From an uncultured virus (IMG/VR IMGVR_UViG_3300035689_000009) (lineage: Duplodnaviria > Heunggongvirae > Uroviricota > Caudoviricetes): 64,000 nucleotides of DNA. The stretch's first letter is position 1; the number at the start of each line of letters is the position of its first letter. The notes under the pieces are model-generated. The model did not search any database. It was not told the origin of the DNA and was given only the letters and a program-made list of their open reading frames with translations. Position numbers and translations under genes: made by a program. The DNA lies in the IMG/VR virus record IMGVR_UViG_3300035689_000009, positions 1 through 64,000 of that record. One strand, given 5' to 3'. Shown piece by piece: positions 1 to 11,826 of this stretch.

Positions 1-1307
1 TCTTCTTGATCTAAAGATGTTGAATTATTTTTTTCATTTAAAAATGGTTGCGATCCAACTTTACCGACTGGATACTTATATGTGTAATAATCAGTGTACG
101 CATACGAATTTCTTTTTGCTTCGTCTATTGAATTAAATTTTCTAAAATACTCTAGGACTATGTCTTGAAGTTTGCTGTGATTATTTTTCTTACTTTTTCT
201 TATACCACTTAGTAATTCGTGGATTAATCTTGAAGATACTTCATCTGAAGTCGGTGAAATAGTATTTTTCTTATACGTGCTTTGATTAAATATTAATGTT
301 ATGCTTTTTACTTTGTCTAATGGAAAGCTAATATCTAATACAGAGTTTATCTTTACTGGAGATAAAAGAATTTTCTTTTTTTCATAACCAGAACTAGGGA
401 CGTTGGAATTACTTGAGTAGATTCTTTCTGCTATATTTGCTGATTCTATAACCACTTGCATCAGCTGTAGCCCATCATATTCATTAGGATTTATTCTAAT
501 TAAATCCATTTCAATTTCTTTTATAAAGTTTATTGTCATTACCGTCTTAGCACCAACTATGTAAGAATAGTCATAATCTATATTCTCAGAAAATGATGGT
601 GGAATAGAAGTTAATATTGCCGGCGATTGAATTGAGACGTTCCACACATTCGACTGCTTCTCGTTAAATAAAGATTCATAATCAGTTATAGAAGAAATAT
701 ATTGATTATAGTTTGTTTCATAGTCTACTGATTTTATGAAACCTATAGCATTAATAAAGTCAATACCATTGCCAATTTTAAATTTTGAAACAATTGGATC
801 AACAAAGCCATTTCCATTTTCATCAAAAGCAACCCCGCCTCTATCCACAAAAGGGACTGGAGAAGTGTCATATGTATTTGATTTTAATAAATCATTAAAA
901 TTTTCTATATAAGAGTTATTATAAAGATCATCTTTTCCTGAGATGAAATCATAGTTATCTATATAATTTTCTAAAAGAGAAATATTCTTTTCTATTTTTG
1001 CGACTTGAGATGACATGACTTCTATCATCGAGTTTAGAGATACGCTGATTGAATTAGATGCCGAAAAGTATCTGTCGAATCTTATCTGTACATCTCTAAA
1101 AATATCAACAAAAAATTCAGATTCTATAATTGCCCTAGACCTCATTAAAGTTGGTGCAAAATCTGCTCCAACAGAAAAATTGGAAAGACTTTTTACTAAT
1201 TCTGATACCTGTGCTTTATCGGCTTTAATACTTTTAATTAAATAGCCAACACTTTGCTGGGAATTATCAGAAAATGTTTTAATTATACTAGGAAGAAAGT
1301 TAATCAT
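1..1307 (-). CDS. Virion structural protein, partial (runs off the left edge); probably baseplate/tail associated
   Basis: ATG at 1307 overlaps the TAA of the upstream gene (TAATG). Frame MINFLPSIIKTFSDNSQQSVGYL... appears open to position 3. Not in the ORF track. Function inferred from context only. Confidence 0.7.
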   Translation of the reverse strand, partial: MINFLPSIIKTFSDNSQQSVGYLIKSIKADKAQVSELVKSLSNFSVGADFAPTLMRSRAIIESEFFVDIFRDVQIRFDRYFSASNSISVSLNSMIEVMSSQVAKIEKNISLLENYIDNYDFISGKDDLYNNSYIENFNDLLKSNTYDTSPVPFVDRGGVAFDENGNGFVDPIVSKFKIGNGIDFINAIGFIKSVDYETNYNQYISSITDYESLFNEKQSNVWNVSIQSPAILTSIPPSFSENIDYDYSYIVGAKTVMTINFIKEIEMDLIRINPNEYDGLQLMQVVIESANIAERIYSSNSNVPSSGYEKKKILLSPVKINSVLDISFPLDKVKSITLIFNQSTYKKNTISPTSDEVSSRLIHELLSGIRKSKKNNHSKLQDIVLEYFRKFNSIDEAKRNSYAYTDYYTYKYPVGKVGSQPFLNEKNNSTSLDQE

Positions 1308-4300
1308 TATAATACACCCCAATCATTTCCTTCCATATCTTGAATCTTATATGCTACACCAGCGGTTATGTTCTTACTTATTATACCGTACAACTCTGCT
1401 TCACTAGTAAAATTATTTAATACTTCTTTTGGCAGTTTGATTATAATGAATCCGCCCTTAGAGTATGCTTGCTGATCTGGTGGATAAACGTCCCAGAATG
1501 ACGATGCTTCTTTAACCTCTTTAAAGACCTTGTTTATGTCGAGCGATCCATAAGACTGTACGTCTATAGTCTTACCCATAGTAGCCTTTAATCCTCCACC
1601 TTTTAATCTTAAATCTTCAATAGCTAAATCTTTAATATCTACAGAATTTAACACATGGACTAACCCTATTTGAAGAGAAAATGGATCATAGTTAACGCTA
1701 TTATATGGATCAAAAATAGAAGTATTATAAGTAAAATCTATTGGAGAATCATATGAGTAATCGCTAACGTAATCCCATACATACCCATCCTGACTGGAGC
1801 TTCTAACTTCTATCCTTACGGGTTTAATATATATGTGTAGAGGCTTTTCTGCTTCTACTGTATTTTTATTAAGAAATGGATTTAATGGAATAACTCTGCC
1901 GTTAATTTGCTTGAGTGGAATACCATTTGATTTAGCAGTGTAGCTTACCCTTATTAGATCTGGGTCACTCGTTATGGGTGTAATGAAATCAACTATTCCA
2001 GTCTGAGAATTAATATTTCTTATGAGGCTTGAATCTACTGCCGTCCATGGTGAGTCAACTGATTCTCTTGTTTCAAAATCAACCCAGTTAACTACTGATC
2101 CACATTCCATCTGCGAAGGTTCCACAAAGGTGGCTATAGGGACTTGCATTAACTGATATCTCTTAGATGATAAAACTATTGGTGTTTCATTAATTATAGT
2201 AATATATGGTTTGCCGGCGATCTGAGACCAGATTACGTTACTCATATTTAAAGTTGAATACGTAGCTCTTAGCACTTTGCCTGTGTACTTCTCAGCCCAA
2301 GAAGTCCAACCATAAGCTGGGTTTATGTATATGTCTTTTGTGAAAGATCCAGATGTTATATACAGTGGCCACTGCTGAAGCTTTGAAAGATTTGGCGGGA
2401 TCGATGATATGCCTATTCTTGATGATGGAACATATTCAACATTGTATATAGGACATGCCATTTTTACGGGTATGGAAGAAGGTATTATTTTACCAGAAGT
2501 CTTTGGTCCAAAGAAGTCTAATCCATTTCCAAGATTTCCATCTGCATCTACTGCTAGTGCAGCAATGTATACATTTTGTGGACCTCTTGAAATATAGTCT
2601 ACATAATAAAGATTCGTTCCTAAAAATTCTTTTTTCTTATTATCATAGAATCCATAAAGGAAACCACCATCATCTCTAGCGTTATTTGTTAATATAAAAG
2701 ATCCATAATCTGTATTAAATTCTCGATCAGTAGAAAGAGTATTTACAAAAGATTGAAGTTCTATGCCATATGGTTTGCCAACTTTATCTGGGTCTAAACT
2801 TGGTTGAGTTAAAAGAACTAAACCATCTAAAACAGAAATTGCTTTTTTAGCTGACTTTATTATTGAACCATCTGTTTTCATTAACCAGTAATTATCTAAA
2901 AGCTTCTCAGCGCTTTTGATTACGTTTGAATTTTCATATATAAGAGATGAAGTCTCGAAAACTAATTTATTTGAAGAAATACTTAAACTTAAATCTGAAC
3001 TATTTACTGGGTTTCCAGTCGCTGAAACAACATTAGCAACAGCAAAAGTATTTGAGTTTATTGAAACTGTTTTTGTCTGTGTTAAGTTTATTGATATAGA
3101 TTCATCTTTGTACTGAGGCTCTAAATTAGAATCAGAGTAAGGTGTAAATGGCGGACTGTATGAAGTGCTGCTAAAGTTAATCGTGGTATTTGATAGGTTT
3201 AAAGTTTTTTCCCCAGACCATGTAGGATATGTTATAGATACTGGAGTTGTTGCATACTTGGTGGACTTAACACCATTTAGATCTATAATCTCAGCTTTGT
3301 TTGGAGATATACCAGTAACTGATCCAGCTATATTAAACTTTATTTCTACTGGAGCTGTAGTCGTATCTAATCTATAACCACTTTCGACTATTGTTTGAGC
3401 ATTAAACGTATCTAGCGTGTAACCAATTTCAAACACAACCTTATTTAAAGAATACCCTTCAGCAAATGAACCATATTTTCCTCCCAGCGGACCACCATTG
3501 AATTGGAAAGCGAAGAACATACACTCTGCCATTGGCCTATTAACTTCAATTGTAAATTTCTCAGTTGTATATTTTGCAGCGCCTTTAATTATATTTTTGC
3601 CAGCCATGTCTATCCCAGAATAGACTACTGCCTGCTTGAGAGCTATTCCCTTATAGTCTGGTGCACCCGCAAATGCTCCAGGCCATATGGTTACAGATTT
3701 AAGAACTTGATTTTTTAAATCCTGTTGTACTATTCCATCAATTGAAATTTGATCAAATGGAACTGCAAAAAATATTGAATCTACTAATTTTTTAGGACCA
3801 GATTGACCAGTATATGTTATTTTTCTATAATTCCAATCTCTATTAGGAAGATCATGTAACTCTATCGCATCTGCGGCTGCTACAACATACTTAACAACTG
3901 TTGGATTATTTACTTGTAACCTAGCTATTATTGCACTATATCGGGTTGGATCAGAATTCTTTATAGATTTCCAAATATGAATTGCGATTAATGACTTAGT
4001 TTCGCTATCAACCGTTCCGTTTTCATATCTTGCATTGACTGATGCCTGAAAAGCCAAAACTGCATTTCGTGTGTTTGCTTTAAACTGTCCACTTAATTCT
4101 GGAAGTTTTCCAGCAACCAATATCCCGGCTTCCCTCATACTTATCTGTATATATTTAATATAATCTGGAAGCATATTGGGTTTATTTTCTCCATATGCTC
4201 CGATGATATTACCTTGTTGTATATCTCCGGTGTATAAGAAGTTATTAACTGGATCGTTACTATTTATTCCCTGCCTATAAGCATCAATTCTATCTGCTCC

Positions 4301-7033
4301 AGAGAATGCTGCTCCAGTCTCAAAAGTAGTAGTAATGGCAACATCATCTACTTCCCTTTTGGAACCAGGTGGAAAAACATCTTCATATCTTGCTTGTCTT
4401 GATAGTGTTGCTGTATATTCTGCGGTCATAACTGCTGACCAATTTGCACTAAAGCTTAGCGTTGATTCACTTGACTGATTATAAGAATTAAAGATAGAAA
4501 AATTAAACGTATAATTTTTATAACTATTAGATGAAGATATCGAACTAGAAAGTCCATCATTTATTTCTTTAGTCGATGATCTATATAGTCTTTCTCTTAT
4601 AACGTAAGGACCAAAGCCACCGGGCACAGTGAATTGAGCTGATGGAGAATTAGTATACGCATAAACTGCCCCAGTAATGCTATCGTTGTTTATCTTAAAT
4701 AGATTATAAGAAGTTGGTATCTCTGTACCACTTTGTACAACGGCTGCGTAAATACGATCTCCACCTTTTATCGGAGTAGCGTTTGCGATTTCTACGTCAT
4801 TATTTGTTATCTCTATAAAAAATTCTAAATTACTAGAATCAATTTCTTGCAAAGAGATACTGTGTTGATCAGCTAAAAAGTCATAAATAGATTTTTTGTA
4901 AAATTCTAACACTGAAGAATTACTTGGGATTAAATTCCTTGCATACTTTGAGGTTCCAACAGCATTTTGATTGTCTACCTTAATAAGAGAATATACTTCT
5001 TTTTTCTCGTCTTCCAATAAAACGTTTCCATTTAATACATATGAAGATTGCCAATTTGAAACCTGATAGTACATTGACGATCTTAGATCTTTAACCTTAG
5101 TTGAAAATATTCTATTTAACAATGCAACCGAACATGCATTGTATAGCATTTTCATTGGACCTTCTATTGCTGCTACAGTAGTAAACGTAGCTTGAGCTAT
5201 GCTAGTTGGACCATTGTTACTTGTTGCTATATCAAAGATAGAAGATGGTTGGTATATGTCATTGCAATACTTAAGCATCGGTGTGGTTGTAGCCAATAGT
5301 GCGCCTTTAGACAGCGAATCAGTGGATGGGATAAATTCTAAACTAACGAATACTGGCTTGCTTCTAGAATTGCTTAATACAACATTATTGGCTGCAATAT
5401 TTCCAGTAAATTCTTTTACTGTTTTTTTAGTTGTAAGATTAGAAAGATTGCTTCTTCCAAATATTGAATATACATCGTAGTTAACATTGTCTACAGTTAA
5501 TCTTTCAAAAATACCTGGGTTAATTGGCCAGGCATTAGTTTTATTTTCATTAAGAAAAATATTTTCCTGATTATAAGTCCATGTATCTAGCGGATATTCC
5601 TGGGCACTGACCGATAAGGATGGATCTATTGATTGTGCGCCAGTATAATCAATTGCCTGTGTTGTTACAACGGAAAGCTTTGATAAATCTAATACCAGTG
5701 TTCCCTGAGTCTGCTCTAGGTACTTCTTTACCTTTAGACCCTGTTCTGCTGTTATTGGGGAACTAGGAGTCCAAGTTACTATATCGTATAAAGACAGCTG
5801 ATCATCGGTAACAGTGTCTACGTTTAACAGCCAATACATTGCTTGATTCTTACCATAGACATCGCTAGATGCCGATAGTGGGTTCGTATATGTGTACTTA
5901 GATGCGTTAAATGGGGACTGCCCTAACCTTAGAAAGGCATACGGGTTTGCTGCGCCAAAGTCATTAGACTGTTGCATGCCAGCTATCTGTGCTGTTGTTG
6001 ATAGTACTGCGCAGTTAATTACTTTTTGTTTTATAGAACTTTCTGAATCTATTTCTTCACCATTATTTACAGAGGAAACATCGACGGATCTTTTAACCTT
6101 AGTTATTAATCTCCAGTTAAAAGACTCATAAGTTCTATTGTCTGATAAGGCTTTTTTAGGGACAAAGATCTCAAAGCCTTCTGCTCTAGCATTGGTGCTA
6201 TTGATTAAATTATTTTTTGCTGTAATAGATTTTTTGCTATATATTTTTTTTGATCTAGAAGAATTATCTACAACAATTGATTCCTCTGCAACTCTATCAA
6301 AAATACTAACAGTGTTAATATTTTCTTTATATTGAGGAACTGTTGAAGATATTGACTCAGTTGAAGATAGTACAACCTTGTCATAAACCAATGATAAATC
6401 CACTGGAGATGGGCTATCAAATAAAACTATTATCTTAGAAGGTAAGTTGGATCTATTTGAATAGATTGGTAAATCTAATTCCTCAATTAATATTCTATAT
6501 TTTTTTAAGCCAGTAGATTGATCTACATACTCAAAACCATTTTTATCAATGACCTTAATTGATTTTGGAACACTAGATTCTAGTAAGAAATCATCAAGTC
6601 CATCATACCCGTAAGAGCTCCTTGGTAGGAGCGTGTAGTATCTAGAAACATAAAAAGAATGAACAAATCCATTTTTTTCTATATCTCCAGTGTAGTATTT
6701 CTTATCTAATCCAGGTTCATTTAAAAATATATCACTTACGCTGATGTCGTCTGAATCAAATACGGTATAGCCATCTGAATCTTCTAGTATGCCTAGTTCA
6801 TTGGCAAAAACTATTTTATTTTTTGCAGATCTATTTGAAGCATTGATGTTTGAGGAGTACGAATTCTCTGGTATAAAATTGGACAAATCTGTTACTGAAA
6901 TGTTATTTGCTGGAGTTACTGGCTTTGAATTGAACCAAGCTAAAGCGGTTGAGGAATTATCTAGTGGTAAATTATTTACTTTTCTTATCTTTTTTTGACT
7001 ACTGTTGTCAATATTTAAATTAAACTTATCCAC
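1307..7033 (-). CDS. Large virion/baseplate structural protein (1908 aa) with internal peptidoglycan-binding-like domain
   Basis: Long ORF with GTG start, directly downstream of the baseplate genes. Segment YIKYIQISMREAG...GQFKANTRNAVLAFQ...GTVDSET resembles PG_binding_1. Confidence 0.7.
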   Translation of the reverse strand: MDKFNLNIDNSSQKKIRKVNNLPLDNSSTALAWFNSKPVTPANNISVTDLSNFIPENSYSSNINASNRSAKNKIVFANELGILEDSDGYTVFDSDDISVSDIFLNEPGLDKKYYTGDIEKNGFVHSFYVSRYYTLLPRSSYGYDGLDDFLLESSVPKSIKVIDKNGFEYVDQSTGLKKYRILIEELDLPIYSNRSNLPSKIIVLFDSPSPVDLSLVYDKVVLSSTESISSTVPQYKENINTVSIFDRVAEESIVVDNSSRSKKIYSKKSITAKNNLINSTNARAEGFEIFVPKKALSDNRTYESFNWRLITKVKRSVDVSSVNNGEEIDSESSIKQKVINCAVLSTTAQIAGMQQSNDFGAANPYAFLRLGQSPFNASKYTYTNPLSASSDVYGKNQAMYWLLNVDTVTDDQLSLYDIVTWTPSSPITAEQGLKVKKYLEQTQGTLVLDLSKLSVVTTQAIDYTGAQSIDPSLSVSAQEYPLDTWTYNQENIFLNENKTNAWPINPGIFERLTVDNVNYDVYSIFGRSNLSNLTTKKTVKEFTGNIAANNVVLSNSRSKPVFVSLEFIPSTDSLSKGALLATTTPMLKYCNDIYQPSSIFDIATSNNGPTSIAQATFTTVAAIEGPMKMLYNACSVALLNRIFSTKVKDLRSSMYYQVSNWQSSYVLNGNVLLEDEKKEVYSLIKVDNQNAVGTSKYARNLIPSNSSVLEFYKKSIYDFLADQHSISLQEIDSSNLEFFIEITNNDVEIANATPIKGGDRIYAAVVQSGTEIPTSYNLFKINNDSITGAVYAYTNSPSAQFTVPGGFGPYVIRERLYRSSTKEINDGLSSSISSSNSYKNYTFNFSIFNSYNQSSESTLSFSANWSAVMTAEYTATLSRQARYEDVFPPGSKREVDDVAITTTFETGAAFSGADRIDAYRQGINSNDPVNNFLYTGDIQQGNIIGAYGENKPNMLPDYIKYIQISMREAGILVAGKLPELSGQFKANTRNAVLAFQASVNARYENGTVDSETKSLIAIHIWKSIKNSDPTRYSAIIARLQVNNPTVVKYVVAAADAIELHDLPNRDWNYRKITYTGQSGPKKLVDSIFFAVPFDQISIDGIVQQDLKNQVLKSVTIWPGAFAGAPDYKGIALKQAVVYSGIDMAGKNIIKGAAKYTTEKFTIEVNRPMAECMFFAFQFNGGPLGGKYGSFAEGYSLNKVVFEIGYTLDTFNAQTIVESGYRLDTTTAPVEIKFNIAGSVTGISPNKAEIIDLNGVKSTKYATTPVSITYPTWSGEKTLNLSNTTINFSSTSYSPPFTPYSDSNLEPQYKDESISINLTQTKTVSINSNTFAVANVVSATGNPVNSSDLSLSISSNKLVFETSSLIYENSNVIKSAEKLLDNYWLMKTDGSIIKSAKKAISVLDGLVLLTQPSLDPDKVGKPYGIELQSFVNTLSTDREFNTDYGSFILTNNARDDGGFLYGFYDNKKKEFLGTNLYYVDYISRGPQNVYIAALAVDADGNLGNGLDFFGPKTSGKIIPSSIPVKMACPIYNVEYVPSSRIGISSIPPNLSKLQQWPLYITSGSFTKDIYINPAYGWTSWAEKYTGKVLRATYSTLNMSNVIWSQIAGKPYITIINETPIVLSSKRYQLMQVPIATFVEPSQMECGSVVNWVDFETRESVDSPWTAVDSSLIRNINSQTGIVDFITPITSDPDLIRVSYTAKSNGIPLKQINGRVIPLNPFLNKNTVEAEKPLHIYIKPVRIEVRSSSQDGYVWDYVSDYSYDSPIDFTYNTSIFDPYNSVNYDPFSLQIGLVHVLNSVDIKDLAIEDLRLKGGGLKATMGKTIDVQSYGSLDINKVFKEVKEASSFWDVYPPDQQAYSKGGFIIIKLPKEVLNNFTSEAELYGIISKNITAGVAYKIQDMEGNDWGVL

Positions 7034-7035
7034 AA

Positions 7036-10000
7036 TTAATCCTCATAATCCTTTATTAAGTTAGAGTAATCTGAAATAACATATGGGGTTGCACCAAAAT
7101 ATCCAGCTTGGTACTGGTCGTATCTCGGAATTGGCAGCCATTGTGGCGGCGTCCATCTAGGCGTTGATCCAGTATTGTCTACTATGTTTTCATTATAGTA
7201 ACTAATTCTAAACGTTGGAGTAGAATATATATCCAATGATTTACTAATATCATGATTAATTATATCAGGTATCTTTAATCCAGGCACAAAATTGATGTCT
7301 ACATTATCGTAAGATTCGTACCAGAATAGAACATCGCCAACTGATGTATTTGGGGTTGAAGATGGAGTTGAGGCTAACTCAGAATCGATAGCCATAAACC
7401 AATATCCCGGTGTAGCTCTATCCTGAGAAGGTATTGGACCTATTTCAAATTTTCCATTACTGTCTGCGTAAACGATACCTGAAACACTATTTTTGTCTGG
7501 AGTAGAAACTGAATTACTGTATGATACACTGTTTAAAGTTGAGTATAAGTCTCTAGATTTTCTCCAATAAATTACAGCGTTTTCACTTGGAGCATTGTTG
7601 ATTGTTAGTATTCCAGATATCGTTGTAGACGATACTCCGTCAGCACTTATTATGTCTGGATTTGCAGATGCTAATAGTGTTGAATCTTCAACCCTAGAAG
7701 AATATATAGAAATCCATTCACCATAACTAAATCCATCAGTATCACTATCAGGATGAGCTAATGGATTGCTTGGGTTTTCTGCGCCAACGATTACAATCAT
7801 AGCCTTGTTCTTGTGGGTTATGTAACCAAAATCGTAAACTGCGTTTACGGAAGCAAATCCTTCATCATCTGTGGTTATGATAGGGCTATCAAAAGTTAAA
7901 TTATGATATATAGAATAAAGGACAAAGCTTTGATAAGGCTTTGGATTTCCTTCAGTATCTAAAGAAATTATGCTTACGGTTATATAATCATTTCCATCAT
8001 CCAAAATATAACCTGGCGAAACAACTACCTTTATTCTATCAAAGTCATAAGTTGCACTTGATGCAATTACGTAACCTTTGTCTAGGAGTGAACTTGTTTG
8101 TCCAAAATTTAAATCAAGAGGTGTTGAGTCTTGATATATTGAAGATTCATATGTGATCTCATAGTTCATTGTGGCGTTAGGAGTAGCATCAAAAACTATC
8201 TTTGAATAATATGAAGAACCATCAAGGATATTATCTACATAATATGAATTAACAACCTTATATTTTATGTAATAGTCTCTATCTTTTTTAAATTCATATG
8301 TAGATTTATCTAACTTAATAAATGAATTATTTGTTGAAAGATTGCTGAATAGAAGCTCTCCAGTGTAACCATCTGTAATAGAAAGATTATAAACATTTTT
8401 ATAACCAAGATGAAAGCTATTATCAAACTTAGGCTGTAACGTTTCTGTATTTTCAAATCCAAAATGCCTTGGAGAAGACTCATGAGGAAATCCCACCTCA
8501 GTATAAATTTCAGGAGTTGCTGAACCAACTAAAGAAACATTTACCATAACCGGAGCACCTTGCCTAGGTGCATTGGCTAATGTTACCTCTTTTAGTATTC
8601 CAGTTTTAACCTCAGTTACCGGCTTAGCGTAGACGTAATATTCATTATTGTCTAGGTGAATCCAACCAGTATTAATTCTGGCATCTAATTTTGCGTCGTA
8701 TAATTTTCCTCTAACTATAAAGTTGTTAAATACCGTAGTATTTCTTTCTAGGTCATATGACTCAGAAATAGAATTATCTGGATATCTTAAACTCTTCGTA
8801 GTGTAATTAGCATCTTGATAGATGTTAGATATACCGTTCGACTCAAGAACATACGTTCTATTTAAAAATGGATTAACGATTTTTTGTTCTGACCAAACTG
8901 ATACATTTACAGATTCAGGATCTAAAACTTCAATTGTTTCAAAGAAGTATTTAAACTTTTCAGAACCAGACAGGCCAAAACCTTCTCTTGTTAATTCTGG
9001 TAATGAAATATAATTACTATTTTTTCCTGGAACATATTCACCATTTAAGGAGTTATAACTGATTACCCCATATTCATCAACGTATCCAGAGATAGGAGAA
9101 GCATGTGTTAACTCAAAAGGATCCCAATTAACTATCTCAAATGGATAGATTGAGCTATCTTGAGTTGATACCGTAAGTGAATTCGGAGTACTGGTATATG
9201 GATAGCTAAGTTGAGTAAAGTAATATGATGCAGTTGCGGCAGATCCGTTTACTGTAGTTGTTCCAATTTTAGCGTTTGAACTAGGTGTTGCAAGATTTGA
9301 ACTGTTAAATCTTATGCTTAAGTTAGGTGAAGATGGAATGAATACTTCTCTGTCAGTTTCTAAATAATAAGAAACACCACCATAGCCAGAAAAAGCTGAA
9401 TTGTCATCAAGGTAATCTAGATCTACGCTTGTTGGTTTTAGGTTATTAATAAATATCTGCCTTGGTGTTGCTCCCACTGGCATTATTATATTAGATACAA
9501 TCCTATCATGATCAATCGAATAACCACTCGGTGGCGTGGCAACGTTGTTGATAACTATTTCAGACTCTTGAGGAGTTGTATATTTGGTTACTTGAACTGG
9601 ATTGTATAGTTTTGAAAGAAGTTGCAGTTGCGTACTTTGGGCAAAGTTTGGTGTTGCTGATAATAACGTCGTACTGCTTATTAGATTTGCAGTTCTATGA
9701 GAAAACTTTGCTTCAAAGTTATTAGAGTTTGGCGTTGCATAAGTTGAGCCATTCCATAATCCATTTTTAATAACTATGTTTTCTATTTCAGATACTTCTA
9801 ATCTAGATGTGTTAATTGAACTTTTTGTATCTTTATATCCAGATAATGTTTGTTTTTCTTTTAGTGAATATTTTGATGAAACATATCCTTCTGTATCAAA
9901 TATTTCTATAGAATTATATTCCGGGTAAGCTGAGTGAGTTGGACCAAAATTATTCTTTGGATAGAATGTGAGCGGTGCAAAAAATGTTATTGGCGTTGCA

Positions 10001-11815
10001 TATGACCCGTGCGGGGTAGCACTGAATTCAAGAGTTAGATTTACGGTAGCTGCTGGATTATTGTATTCGGTAATTTCATAGGAACCATAATACTCATACT
10101 GAAGTTTTACTGGTTCATACTTTAAAGAAGTGCTAACATTTTTCTTGCCCTTGGCAACTATTGAAGTTTCAAAAAACTGAGGAGTTGCATCGTAGTTAGT
10201 GACAAATAATTCAGCGTCATTTAAGTCTCCAACTCCTGGTTGATAATATGGTATTGCAATTTCTTCATCATAGTATCTAGAGCGAATTCTATTAACGCCT
10301 TCATTATTCTCTCCAGCGTAATCCCAAATGCTATCTCCAAATCTAAAATATCCCCAATTGGTAGGATATCTTACATTTAAATCATCTACTAGTTTTTTAA
10401 ATAAATCAGTTGGATTACCATCTGCGGTAAAATATGGAGTTGAATATTCTATATCTGATATTTCTAAAATTTCAGGTGTAGCGCCTGGGTAACTAGAAGA
10501 TGGAGTGGCACCAAAAGCTTTCCAAAGATTCAACTCTCTTCTAAGAACTTTTTTAAATGATTCTATATCTGCGCCATTTGGATTCTTAAATACGTCTAAA
10601 ATTCTTTCCTTATAGGAAGCGTTCGATTCAAGATGCATTCTAAACAGACCAACTCTTGCACCCATTTCGTCAAACCAATTGTATCTCAATACTGGTTTTT
10701 GAGTTAAAGGAGTTGAAATTCCAGTGTTTTCACTCTTTACTGAGAGATCTCCATATTCTTTTATTGTTAGAATTTCTCTGTTTAAAGGGTTATGAAAAAA
10801 AACATCATCAGATGTTTTTGACTTATAGAAATCAACAAGGTTATCAACTCTTGCAAGTTCCAAAAGTTGATTAGATAATACCTTACTGAATACGTTTGTT
10901 ACGTTTGTGGAAGAATACAACCAAGCTAACTGATTAACGTCAGCTCTTTCTATAAAAGAGTTAATTCTAAATATATCTATTTCTCTGTCAAAATCATCTA
11001 GGTCTTCACCAACAACTGCATTTAAAAATTTGCCAGCCGTTGATTTTGGTACATATAAACTGGGGGTAGCCTGCTCTACTGAGTCTTCATATAAATGCAT
11101 CCACGAAGGGAATCTCCCTAATACATTTTTTGTTGAACGTGAGAGTACTGGATTAGAAGGTTCCGATATGGCTACTTCTATTATAAGAAGAAAGCTTAAA
11201 GAAGTTAATACTTCTAGCTCTGTATTTACCACTACCTCAAATTTTGCATAGCGCTTTACATCTTTTGATAGAAGTATTGATCCTAGAGCGTTAGAAGTTG
11301 TAGTTACCGCTAACAGCCATGGTCCGATTTTGACTATCTGATTCGTATATATTTAAATCAAAAGTAATTGATTCAATACTATTTAAAGAACTAGAAAAAG
11401 CTCCTTTAAAAGTTCTTATATCAATACGAGATGTTGTATCTATAAACCTGTAGAGGTAATCTTCTACTAAGTCAGCTGTAAAAATTGGTGTTGAATTATT
11501 GTCTGGATCAAATACAAAATTGTCACCGCTAACTGAATTTGAATTAAAGTATAAATGGGGGCTTACGCCAGGATCCTGATATAATTCACCAGTATCAGTA
11601 ACTGCATAGGCTCCTTCTATAGTTGGAGTAGCGCCCTGTATTACATTAGTTCCAGTGTAAATGTAATCACCTAGTGAATTTAAACCAGTAGCTGATCTAG
11701 TGTATGAAAAGTTTTTATAAAATCTATTTGAGTAAAGGTCAATTACACTGGAGGTCCACAAATTATTACTTTTAGTGAAGTCTCCAGTGTTAAAGCTTAA
11801 CAAATAGGTTTTCAT
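7036..11815 (-). CDS. Baseplate wedge-like protein with C-terminal Ig-like (Big-1-like) domains, ~1592 aa, requires +1 shift at 11326
   Basis: ORFs 11291-11815 and 7036-11232 join by skipping one C: AAT C GGA CCA TGG gives ...SDSQN-GPWLLAV...EVVVNTELE. Motif EMGARVGLFRMHLESNASYKERIL resembles baseplate wedge proteins; ASANPDIISADGVSSTTISG resembles Big-1. Confidence 0.75.
11323..11326 (-). other. +1 recoding site 1 (AAT CGG A -> AAT GGA), codon 164
   Basis: In-frame CGG; zero frame ends RTMAVSGNYNF*; +1 frame is open to 7036. Confidence 0.8.
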
Positions 11816-11826
11816 TTATTAAACTC

